Assembly (NCBI RefSeq): GCF_009914755.1
Contig: NC_060928.1
DNA: 64,000 bases
Origin: the human T2T-CHM13v2.0 reference genome, Homo sapiens
Strand: one strand, 5' to 3'
This document shows positions 38,733-50,950 of this stretch, piece after piece. The notes beneath the pieces are model-generated. The model was not told the origin of the DNA. It saw only the letters and a list, made by a program, of their open reading frames with translations, and searched no databases. Position 1 is the first letter of the stretch. Every line of letters starts with the position of its first letter. The translations under genes and the position numbers were made by a program.

Positions 38733-41700
38733 AAAGGATGCTTCTTTAATAAAGTATTTGCATTTTTCACTTTGTAGCAGTAGCTCTTCAAGAGCCCCAG
38801 CTCTTAGCAAACCCATTTGCCAAGCACTTTAAAGTTTACATAGCTAAAATTAATAGGTGCTTACTAAGCTCTAGGCACACAATGGGGGCACTGCCATTAT
38901 GTTTATTTTACAGATAAGAAATGAAGTCTCTGAAAAATTAGCTTACTCAAGGTAATATTGCTAATAAAGTGGTTGAACTGCAGTTCAAGTCCTAGTAGAT
39001 ATACATGGACCTCAAGCTTGCTAAAACCATAGCTTGTGAAAATACAAAACCTTGCACCTAGAATTATGCTAATTTTCAGGAGTCTTACATTGCAATGGCT
39101 TTTTAGCTCCTTCTGAATTCTTATGTTTTCATATGTTGACCCAGATATGAAATTCACATCTCTTTAGTTTTACTCCATATCGTCCATAGAAAGCATTGAT
39201 TTATTGAGGGCTGCACGGTGGAGTCTGAGGAGAAGTATACAATACTGTGAAACAGATGACTTAATTCTCGACATAGGTGCTACCCATTTGAAAATATCTG
39301 CCCTTTGCATTGCCACTGCAAAGAACTTCTACCCATCTCAGCCTTTCTTGCCTTATTGGCTTCTCCTTTCTTCCTTCCTTTTTCTCCTTTCTGTAACTTC
39401 CTTTAAGGACCAGGCAAGAAAGCAAGAAAAACAACAAAACGACTTACCTTCTTTTTATATTTTTTAAACCGAGCAACTTTTCCTTCTCTGACGCTTTAGT
39501 GTCAGTCAAAGCCAAGGCCCTCAATATCTCACCTTCTATCTCAAGTACTTATAAGCATATTCACCCCCTTCCTTTCTTCCTCAAAAAGCTGTCATACGAC
39601 GAGATGAATTCAAACATTCTTATGTGCATGATCAGTAGATGGAATACTCAATTAACCATAGAGTTTGAGGACTCATGCCTTACACCAAACTCCTCCTCTG
39701 CATGGACAGCGACCTTGTTCTGTCGCATCTAAAAGGCTTTCAGGATGGAAAATTCAGGAAGGAAATGAGGAAGAAGCTGGGAAAGAGAAGAGAAGGGGAA
39801 ATGTATGTAGAAGGGGTCTGTTTTTTATTCTTCATGTTTTGGGGACTTGCTTTGCATGTGGACTTCTGAAATGCAAATTAAAAGGTTTATTTTTCTTAAA
39901 AACACCTGTCTTCTTTCACTGCCTGTTAAACTCCTTCTCTCCACTTGTTTTTCTTTTACCTTAATTCAGATAATGACCTCAAAAACACAAGAGCAAAAAT
40001 ATTTGCGAAAGGAGGGGATTTGGGGATAGGAGAGCAGGAAATCCTTTCCTTTAACCATCCTGTGTGCTACAACTGATAGGAATATAAAATAAAAGTTTTC
40101 TTACATCTTTTTTGAGAGTGGAGGAGAATGAGTTGAAATGTCCAGTGGGCCCCTCGCTCGGCCTGGCCATGGCGGCGGTGCTCTACAGACCGTGCCTCCC
40201 TAGGGCGTGGGTGTGCAGGAACGCCGGACAGGGCAGCGGCCGGCACTACCGTGCCACGATTTGCGCAGAGCTGAAGTAGTCCCTGACCATCGAAGAGGTG
40301 GCCCCCGCCCCGTCGGGCCTCACGAGGACCTGTGGCAGATTCCAGAAAAGGTCTCCCTACAAGAAGCTGCTGTCCTCCCTATAACTTATGGCACTGAGAG
40401 TTTTGCTCTTGAGCATCGGGCCCGTACCCAGCCTGGAGAAATTGTTTTAGTGACGGCAGCAGCTGGAGCCACAGGCCTTGCAGTGATGTGGCAACAAATT
40501 TCTTCAGGCCAAGGTAATATAGCTGCTGCTGGAAGTGACGAGAAGTGCAAGCTGGCGATGGCAGAAGGGTGCGCAGTCCAGCGTGAACTACAGTCAGGGC
40601 AGCCTGAAGGATTCAGTGAGGAAGCTGCCTGGCATGGGAGGGCAGGATTGTGGTGGTGGGATTTGCTGGAGGAAACATTGCTTCTGTACCAGCCAACCTT
40701 CTGCTCCTGAAGAATATCTCTGCTATGGGCCTGTACTGTGGTCAATACAAAAAATGAACTTTCCCGTCTTCTCCAAGAGCCTATCTTCAGTGCTTCGGTA
40801 CTGCCAGCAAGGGCGCATCCAACCATATGTCGGAATGGTTTTCAAGCTGGATGAGGTCAATGATGCCTTCCTTCATGTGATACAGGGGAAATCCGTGGGC
40901 AAGGTGCTTCTCGCTCTTAAATAAATCCTCACCTGAGCAGCAAAGTTAACATGTCCAGATCAAAACTCCACATCTTTCCCCAAAACCTGATTTCCCTTCT
41001 GTGTTTCCAAAGGTGTTACCACTTTCCTTACCAATCCAGGTTTAAAATCTTGGAGTCACCTTTGATTCTGTTTACTAATTGCCCCTAATTAATATGATTA
41101 TATAGTTTATTGTCCAAACCTTTTTGAGAGTAAAAGGGTGCCATTAGTAATTACATCAGGAAAACATATCCCAGGCAAACCAGGATATATGGTCAGCCTA
41201 CTCGATGCATTATGAAATGCAGTGATTGCCAAGTTCTGTCATTCCCACCTCTAAGATATCTCTTACCTCCATATCCTCTTTTCCATTCTGACTAATTAAG
41301 CCTCAACTGCTGTCACCAGTGACCTTCTAACTGCTTTTCCTACCTTTAAACTACCCTCACCCCCTCCATTCTTGTGATGCATTATTGCCATGGTGATCTT
41401 CCCGAAGCATAGCTCTGACTATGGCCCATCTCAGAAAACCTACAGTGGCTCACCGTTGCCTGATGGTGGAGTTCAGACCCCTTGAGCTAGCATTTCATTA
41501 TGACCGTGATTTTTCCCCGCATCACTTTCCAGCCTTGTGGTCCACAATTCCACTGGGCCCTAAGTATGTACTGAACTTTCCTGCCTCCCTCATTTTGCTC
41601 TGCTTGTGCAATTTTTTCCACCCTCCATCTCTGTCAAACATAAGCCTTCCTGACCTCTAAGACCTACCTTTGTCATGTGCCTTTACCCTCAGGCAAGGGG

Positions 41701-41784
41701 CAATCTCTTCTATTCCTCTTCTACCTTCCTGTAGCTTCTCCCCCAGGGTTTATCACATTCTGCCTTGAATCCTAGGGAACAACA

Positions 41785-41995
41785 TGTGTAGTGGAATGAA
41801 CACAGGCCTCTGAATCCAAGATGTGAGTTTAAATCCCAGCTTTGGAGGTGGTTACTTAAGTTCTCAGTGCCTTCATTCTTCTTCCTATATAAAGTAGATA
41901 TTACAATATCTAACTTACAGAGTCATTGGGAGCTATACATGCAGTGATTGGGTAAAGCACCTGGCACATGGCAAGCAATTAGCAAATGCTGGTTA
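41785..41995 (+). mobile_element. MIR inside the retrocopy 3'UTR
   Basis: 'gagtttaaatcccagct..tctcagtgccttc..ggtaaagcacctggcacatggcaagc'. Confidence 0.6.
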
Positions 41996-42189
41996 CTTCT
42001 ACTTCTTTCTCTTCTCTTTTCCCAGTGTATCATAAGTTCCTTGAGAGCAGGCACCATGTCTGATTTACCCTTGTATTTCCCACAGTACTTCCCGTAGTGA
42101 GTTACCCTTAGTAAATACTCAGTAAGTTGAATTGAATTTAAATTACCTGTAAGTCTTAAAATGTGGGATTAAATTAAGAGTATGTTGCC

Positions 42190-42856
42190 CTGGAAATACC
42201 CAAATGTCTACCGATGGATGAATGGATAAACAAAATGTGATATACACATAATGGAATATTATTCAGCCTTAAAAAGGAATGAAATTCTGACATGTGCTAC
42301 AGTATGATGAACCTGGAAGACATTATATGTGAAATAAGCCAGACAGAAAAGGACAAATACTCTATGATTCCACTTATATGAAGTACCTAGAGTAGTGAAA
42401 TTCATAGAAATAGAAAGTACAGGTTGACATCGCAAATCTGAAATGGGAAATTCTCCAAAATCTGAAACTTTTTGAATGCTGACATGATGCTCAAAGAAAA
42501 TGCTCGTTGGAGCGTTTCAGATTTTGGATTTTTGGATTTGGGATGCTCAACTGGCATAATGTGAATATTCCAAATTCTGAAAAAATCTGAAGTCTAAAAC
42601 ACTTCTGGTCTCAAGAATTTTGGATAAAGGATACTCAATGTGCAACATGTAGAATGGTGGTTACAAGGTGGTAGGAGAGAATGGAGAGTTACTGTTTAAT
42701 GGTACAATGTTCCCATTTGGGAAGATGAAAAGTTTTGGAGGTGTGTGATGGTTATGGTTGTGCAACAATGGGAAGGTACTTAATACTGCTTAACTGTGCA
42801 CACTTAAAAATGGTAAAAATGATAAATTTTGTGTATGTCTTACAACAATAAAAGAA
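42190..42856 (+). mobile_element. L1MB-type 3' end forming the end of the retrocopy
   Basis: 'ggatgaatggataaacaaaatgtg..tattcagccttaaaaaggaatgaaattctg', terminal 'ttacaacaataaaa'. Confidence 0.85.
42420..42642. mobile_element. Tigger4a/MER46-like DNA transposon nested in L1MB
   Basis: TIR-like ends CAGGTTGA.. / ..GATACTCAATGTG, TA on the left. Confidence 0.75.
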
Positions 42857-43345
42857 GTTTTTTTTTTCAAAAAGGAAATGTCTAGTGCTCATATGTTGCC
42901 AATCTTTCTCTAAAGAAAAATAATTTTTTTAAGTACTAGAAAAAAAGAGTTCAGATTATTCTGTAAATCAAGGGCATTGTTTTGTAGGGCTGTACAGTCC
43001 CTTTCTTACTACTCATGAGCTATTGTTGACCATGATCTGAGACTGTTATTGTCTGCAGATAAATTGGGAGTTAATTATAAGTTTATCCATGTTCACTTTT
43101 CACATTCAATTTATTTGTCAGTTTAGAAAATGGGCTAATTTTGGTTTGATTTGGGCCCATTTCCTATAGAATGTGTTATTGTGGATATGCTAAAAATCTT
43201 TTTGAATGCCCTGTTATCAGCAAACTGTTATTAAGCCTAATTAGGTAATGAAGAATTTATAATTCATCAAATATGTGAAGTAATCATTACCATACATAAA
43301 ATACAGATAACTGATTATCCCAGAAATATAGTTTTTGAAAACTAA

Positions 43346-43647
<302 letters not shown>

Positions 43648-46600
43648 TTAGTTTCCATAATAAGAAATTGAGTGCTTACTATATAGTATCTACTATAGAT
43701 TCTTAAGTGATAGTAAAATGTGTCAACATTTCCCTTGCCCACAAGTCACTTACAGTGATGAGGAAAGCACAGAGTTTATCTCACTTGTATGCACACTGTT
43801 GCACAAAGATGCTCTTACAGCATTGAGTCTTAAGACTTGAATGGTTTTGAGGGGAGATGATTATGATCTGGGAAGATGAGTAGGGCTTGTTAGCAGAGAC
43901 AGCAAAATAGGTATAGTAGGTAGAATGGTACAGTATAGAGGTGAGCAATTGAGGAGTATGCTTCAAAAATGGCTAGTAGTCAAGTATGGCTGGAATATAA
44001 TTATGCTGGGCCGGTAGAGGAAGATAAGGCAGGAAAGGTAAACCAAGGCCTAATTGCAAGGTAATGAGGCTTTGAATACAATATAAATAGCTGGCACTTT
44101 ATTCAGAAAGCCAGTTTTTCACTGAATGCTGCTATTTGATAGACCTTGAAAATTTTCTCCAAAATATTATGGATAAACAAGTTTGGGAAATGTTGCATAG
44201 TTCCTCCTCCCAGGCATTCATAGGACATAGTGGTACATTAAAGGGTAAAAATACCCTACAGTAAAGACCTATTTTATCATGTTTAACATGATGTTTCTCA
44301 AATGTACTTAACCACAGAATCTTTGCTTCCAGAACTCTTATCAACATGTCAAGGGAAACCTGTGCTTCATAGAACATAGTTTGGGAAAAACTTCAGTCAT
44401 TGCTGTAGGCAATGGATTAAAACAAAAACATCTAAGTGGGTCAGTGGCATGATCAGATCTATACTTTAGGAAAGAAAAATATATAAACTTTCTTTGATTC
44501 AGATTATTAATATATTTCAAGATGTTATAGCACATCGGAGCCATCATTAAGAACAATAATTTTGTTCTGGATAAATACAGAAGTATGGATCACTAAATAT
44601 TTCTGATTAATAGTATGAAGGATAATAGAATCCAGTATCCCAATAAATGGGACTTCTCTGGAGGAGCTCACCCGATTCATGAGAAAATTAAATGCCTAGC
44701 TATCACTGCCAAGTTTTTTTTTTTTTTTAAGCTAACTGACAATCAGATTCTCTGACATACTCATTAACCATAGACAAAGGCACAGCAGAATTTGCTTAAA
44801 GAAATGCAAACAGATCTCATTGTCCTTAAGAGAGAAGATAACACAGAATAAGGAGGACATTCTGGCAGTTTTAAACACGTTTTCCTTTTCTGTACAGGAC
44901 GATGTCTTTTTCTAGTGAATTGCGCTGAGGTTTCTTTTTTGCGTAAATCTTACTTTAGTGGTATATATTGTTTAGTTCTGGTCAAGATGGGGACATTCCT
45001 TAAAATCTCATTTGAAATATATACCAATCTTGTTTTTTTTTTCAAATGATTTCTCTAAAATGTTGGATCAGCATATTATGATGTCTAGTATTCTAATAAT
45101 TACTACTTTAAAAATAAGGGCACTCCTGTTGAGTAGCCCTCTATTTCAGTAAGTATTAAGAATTGTACATGATACTGGTAAAAAATGATGAACTAAAATT
45201 TAAAAATTACATATAGCAAGATCCTGAAATAACATGGTTATAAGGTAATCATGTCCCAATTTCCAGTACTTACATTTTGAGGGATGCACTGTGCCTTTGC
45301 ACATGTTCTTTTCAGAAGGCTCTTTCCTTTATTCTTTCCATGGCTGGCTTTTTCTCCTTCCTCAAATTTTTAAGAGCAGATAATCCACTTTGCTTGGGTG
45401 AGAATATTCACTAGCTGAATCCTCAAGAATAGGTAGGAACATATCAAGGGTCAAAGGCGGGAAGGCGCAAAATGTCCTATGCTTAGAATGTCTTGTGTGT
45501 AGACAGGTTTAAGCTGAGGAGGTAGGCAAGCATCAATCAGGGAGGATTTTGCATGTAATTCTACAGTGTTGGGACCAATAGTCTGTGGAAAGTGATTTGA
45601 ATTTTAGAAAGATTACTCTGATAGCAGTATGGAAGATTGATGATGGGGGAGGGTGGGGTGAGACTGAAAGCAGGGGAAATTGTTAGTGTATTACAATAAT
45701 GTTATGAACAAGAGATTATAGGAAACTACAGCATAACAATAAAAGTGGAGAAAGTGGGATGGGGTGGCAGACAATATATATATACAAGTAATTTCACTCA
45801 GATAAATTTCAGGATGAATATGAGTGTTAGTGGGAGAGAGTGGTAGACCAAAGATATTATTTTCTAGTGTTATTGCTGATGTTATTTGTATTTTTGATAT
45901 TATTCAAGAATTTAGTGACTGACTAGTCTATGATGCCATCACTCAAAGGAAGAAATGCAGGAGAATGACTGAATTTTAGGGGAAGAATTTTCAACAGAGA
46001 GATGTAATAAAACAATTTGAGCTTGAGGTGCTGTGGAAAACTGAGCTAGTTATTCTCAAAACGTAGTCTTCCAATGCCTGGGGTCTCCAAAATCCTTTCA
46101 AGGGGTTTGTGAGGCCAAAAGCATATTTATAATAATAAGGCATTATTGTCTTTTAACTGTGTTTATATTTGCACTGACAGTGGAAAAGCCATGGTAAATA
46201 AAATAGCTCATGCCATAGCATGGATAAGGCCGTAGTATGAATAAGTATAAATAAGGTGCCAAATGATGTGACTAGTTATTATTGTAGTCTTTACTGCTGT
46301 GCACTTGCAGTTTAAAAATGCCCAGTTTCGCTAAGCATGTACTTGATGAAGCAATAAAAATCATGAAGTTCATTACATTTTGACCCTTTAATACATATCT
46401 TTTCATATTCCATTCGGTGACATAGGAAGTATGAGCACTGAGTTACTTATTTGTCTGGAGGAGAATCCCTTGTGTTTGAGTTACAAGCTTAATTGGCTAC
46501 TTTTTTAATAGAGCATCATTTTTACATGAAAACTATTGTTATTCAGAATTGGGCTTTTGGCAGTTATATTCTTGAAAACCAACAAAGTGAGCTGTCACAC

Positions 46601-49072
46601 TGAGAAAAGGAATGTTTTCTGCCGATGGTAAAACTTCAGTTTTCAAGCACAAATTAGAATTTTAAAAAACTTATATTTACCACCATGAGCTTGATGGCTT
46701 TTCAATAATTGGAGGCTTTTGTGATGAGATTGGTGGTAATATTAAAAGTATATTAGAATTATTATATAATAAAGGGTGCCAACATTTAGAAGATCTGTAT
46801 AACAAAGTGAACCTATATTTTTAAATGATCAATCTATAAATTTACAAAATCAGATAAGACAGACCAATGGATTTTCAATTCACTGGTTATTTCATGAGCT
46901 CTGTCAAGTCTACTTATGACCTATCAGTGGAATTCTTTATCTCTGATATTGTGTTAAAAATATTCCAACATTTCCATTTGATTTTTTCTTAGAGTTTCCA
47001 TATTTCTGATAAATTTTATATATTTATGCATGCTTTTTACCTTTTTATTTGATCCTTTAGCATATTGATTGCAGTTATTTTATAGTCCTTGTCTGATAGT
47101 TCCAATATCTGGGACATCAGACTTTGGGCTTCTTAATTGTTTTACCTCTTTTTAAAATTGTAGAAAAAGATGCATTATGAAATCTACCTTCTTAACACAT
47201 TTTTATAGTACGCAGTACAGTGTTGTTAATTAAAAGTACAATGTTGGATGGCAAATCTCTAGAACTTTTTATCTTGCATGACTAAAACATCATACCCATT
47301 GAACAGCAACTTCCATTTTCCCTCCCTCAGCCCCTTGCAAACACCGTTCTACTCTGTTTCTATGAATTTAACTTCTTCAGATAACTCATAAGTGGAATTA
47401 TGCAGTATTTGTCCTTCTGACACTGTCTTATCCCACTTCTCATAATTTTCCCAAGGCTTACCCATGTTGTAACATATAAAGAGATTTTCTTATTTTTATG
47501 GCCAAACAAAATTGTATCCATATGCCACATTTTCTTTATCCTTTAACATCATTGGATATTTAGGATGGTTCTACTTCTTGGCTGTTGTGAATAATGCTGC
47601 AATAAACATAGGAGTGCACAAGTTCAAGTTCCTGATTTCAATTCTTTTGGATAAATACTCAGAAGTGGCGTTGCTGGATCATGTGGTAAATCTATCTTGA
47701 ATTTTTTGAGAAACTTCCATACTGTTTTTCATGGTGGCTCTACCATTTTATGTTTGCACCAAGAATGCATAGGGGTTCTAATTTCTTAACATCCTCACCA
47801 ACTCTTGTTATTTTCCCTTTTTTTTTTATATTGGCCATCCTAACGTGAGGTGATATCTCATTGTGGTGATTCCCTGGAGATTAGCGGTGTTGATCACTTT
47901 TTAGTGTACCTGTAGGCCATTTAAATGTCTTTTTCTGAGAAATGTCTATTCCTTTGTCTATTTTAAAAATCGTTACTTTTTTTTGCTGTTAAGTTGTAAA
48001 AATTATTTATATAATGTGGATATTAATCCCTTATCAGATATATGGTTTGCAAATATTTTCTCCCAATCCGTAGGTTACCTTTTCACTCTGTTGATTATTT
48101 CTTTTGCTACATAAAACCTTTTCAGTTTGGTGTGATTCCACCTGTCAAGTGATTTTGTATGTGCTTTTGGTATATATCTAAGATGTTATTGCCAAGAGCA
48201 ATGTCATAAAGCATTTTCTGTTTTCTTCTAGGAGTTTTCCAGTTTTGAGTCTTATGTTTAAATCTTTAATCCATTTTGACCTGATTTTTTAATATATGGT
48301 GTAAGGTGAGGGTCCAATTTCATTCTTTTGGATATCCAGTTTTTCCAACACCATTTTTTGAAGACACTATCCTTTCCCCACTGTGTATTCTTTCCATCTT
48401 TGTTGTAGATGAATTGACTGTACATAGCTGGCTTTGTTTCTGAGCTCTTTATTTTGTTTTATTGGCCTGTGTATCTGACTTTACGAGAGTACCATACCAT
48501 GCTGTTTTGATTACTATAGTTTTGCAATATGTTTTAAAATCAGTGTGTAATGCCTCTGATTTTGATCTTTTTCTCCAGAATTGTTTTGGCTTATAGGGGT
48601 TTTTGTGTTTCAAAATAAATTTTAAGATTGTTTTGCTAGTTCCCAATGCCATTGGGATTTTGATAGGGATTGCATTGAATATGTGGATTACTTTGGAGAG
48701 TGCAGACATTTTAACAATATGTCTTCAAATTCATAAGCACTAGATATATTTCCATGTACTTGCACCTTAATTTTTTCTTTTAAAAATTATTTTATTGAAA
48801 CATAAAATTTTACATATTTATAGAGTACATGTAAGTATTTTTGACATGCATACAGTGTGTAATTATCAACTTAGGGTATTTAGGATCATATGTTCATTGT
48901 TTTCTGTCTGTTTTGTAGCTGTTTTGTTTTTTTTCTCTCTTGGTATCCTCCTTTGTATTTCCTTGATTTTTTTCATGTTTTGGTTCCTTTCTTATTTTCT
49001 TTGCAAATATTCTGTAAGTCTTTTCTTTGTGTTTATCGTGGGGCTTACATGAAACATACATACTTTGGTTGA

Positions 49073-49363
<291 letters not shown>

Positions 49364-49826
49364 GACAGTATTTTTCTTTCAGAACTTTGAAATTATCATT
49401 TCACTCCTTGCCTGCAAGGTTTCTGCTGAGAAATCTGCTGATGGTCTTATAAAGCTTCCTTTGTTCAAGTCGAGTTGCTTTTATGTTGTTGCTTTCACAA
49501 TTCTTTTTCTCATTAACTTTTGACAAGTTGATTATAATATGTCTCAGTGTGGACTTCTTTAGGTTCATCTTATTTGGGATTCATTGGGCTTCTTGAACAT
49601 GGATGTCCATTTCTTCCCCAGAGTTGGGGAATTTGGGGCCATTATTTATTTAAATAAGCTTTTTGCCCTTTTTTCTTCTGACAGTCTCATAATGCATATA
49701 GTTATCTGTTTGGCTCTCCCATAAGTCTCTTAGCTTTTCTTTACAAATTTAAATTATTTTTTTCTTTTTACTCTTCTGACTGGATAATTTCAAGTGACGT
49801 ATCTTCGAATTTGCTGAGTCTTCTGC

Positions 49827-49906
49827 TTGGTCAAGTCTACTGTTGAACTCACTCCTTTAGCAAATTTGGTCAAGTCTACTGTTGAACTAACTCCTTTAGC
49901 AAATTT
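49827..49906. repeat. 39-bp tandem duplication (1 mismatch)
   Basis: ttggtcaagtctactgttgaactMactcctttagcaaat x2. Confidence 0.9.
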
Positions 49907-50659
49907 TCAGTTTACTTATTGCATTCTTAAGCTCTAAAATTTCTGTTTTGTTCTTTTTTCATTTTCTATCTCTTTGTTGAAATTCTCATTTAACTCATGC
50001 ATTTTTTTTCTGAGCTCATTGAACATCTTTATAATGGTAGTTCTTATACCTATGTTTCTTTAGGGTCAGTTTCTGGAGATTTATTTTCTTCCTTTGATTG
50101 GGACATTTTCCCTGTGTGTTTTTTCCCCTATAACTTTGTATTGGATCTATGCATTTGAAAACAAAAGCCACCTCTCCCAGTCTTTATGGACTGGTTTCAT
50201 ATAGGAAAAGAACTTTACCAATTACCCTGGCAAGAGATTCTGAGGCCCCTCAAACCTTTTGTACGTAGATGTCCTCCCTGGACTTGTGTGGAGATTCCTA
50301 ATTGGAAAACTTTTCCAGTTTTTTTTGTTTGTTTGTTTTTTAGCTCAGAATCACTTTTTTCCTTTGGCATCTGTCTGTTTACCATGATTCCTCTGAGGTA
50401 GCAGTGTGCTGCCTAGTTCTTTTCTGCTTTCAATGACACTGGGTATCTAGAGAATGTCAGGTCCTATCCTTGTCTGAAGACAGGTGTGATAGAAACCAGT
50501 TCCTCAGTCAGCCCTCTGAAAAGCTGCAATGTTGGATGCATGTTCTACCTTACTCTTTCTCCTCAAGAGAGAGACCACTGACACGTATTGGCCTCCTCCT
50601 TTGGAGGAACAGCAAAACACCCATCTCTCTTTTGTTCTCAGAGGCCTCCCGCATTTGGA

Positions 50660-50950
50660 ACAGGGTTCCCCAACCTTTTTGGCACCAGAGACCAGTTATA
50701 TAGAAGACAATTTTTTCCACAGATTGAAGAGGGGATGGTGGACCCTGCCACCTAGACACCTCACATGTGCAGTTCACAATAGGGTTCATGCTCCTATGAG
50801 AATCTAATGCTACCACTGATCTGACAGGAGATGGAGCTCAGGCAGTAACACTCGGTCGCCCACTGCTCACCTGCTGCTGGTCAACTTGATTCCTAACAGG
50901 CCACGGACCAGTAGCAGTCCATGGTCGGTCCATGGCCTGGGAGTTTAGAG
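50660..50950. mobile_element. MER1B-like hAT element
   Basis: 'cagggttccccaacctttttggcaccagagaccag' terminus and 'ttcctaacaggccacggacc'. Confidence 0.8.

Larger units (their letters stand above)
40148..42874 (+). pseudogene. CRYZL2P: Processed pseudogene (retrocopy) of quinone oxidoreductase-like protein 2 / crystallin zeta-like 2; disrupted CDS 40169-40924 plus ~1.9 kb 3'UTR. Symbol is that of the presumed parent
   Basis: MAAVLYRPCLPRAWVC..., LWQIPEKVSLQEAAVLPITYGT, QPGEIVLVTAAAGATGLAV (MDR/QOR nucleotide-binding motif), LAWEGRIVVVGFAGG, GKVLLALK*; intronless; TAG at 40277 and several frameshifts; AATAAA 42847; 13-bp TSD GAAATGTCYAGTG (40135-40147, 42875-42887). Confidence 0.9.

Noticed and set aside
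40207-40924. ORFs 40207..40710, 40535..40924 and 40386..40826 as functional CDS
   Set aside because: They are frame-shuffled or antisense pieces of the disrupted retrocopy; the true ATG (40169) meets a stop at codon 37.
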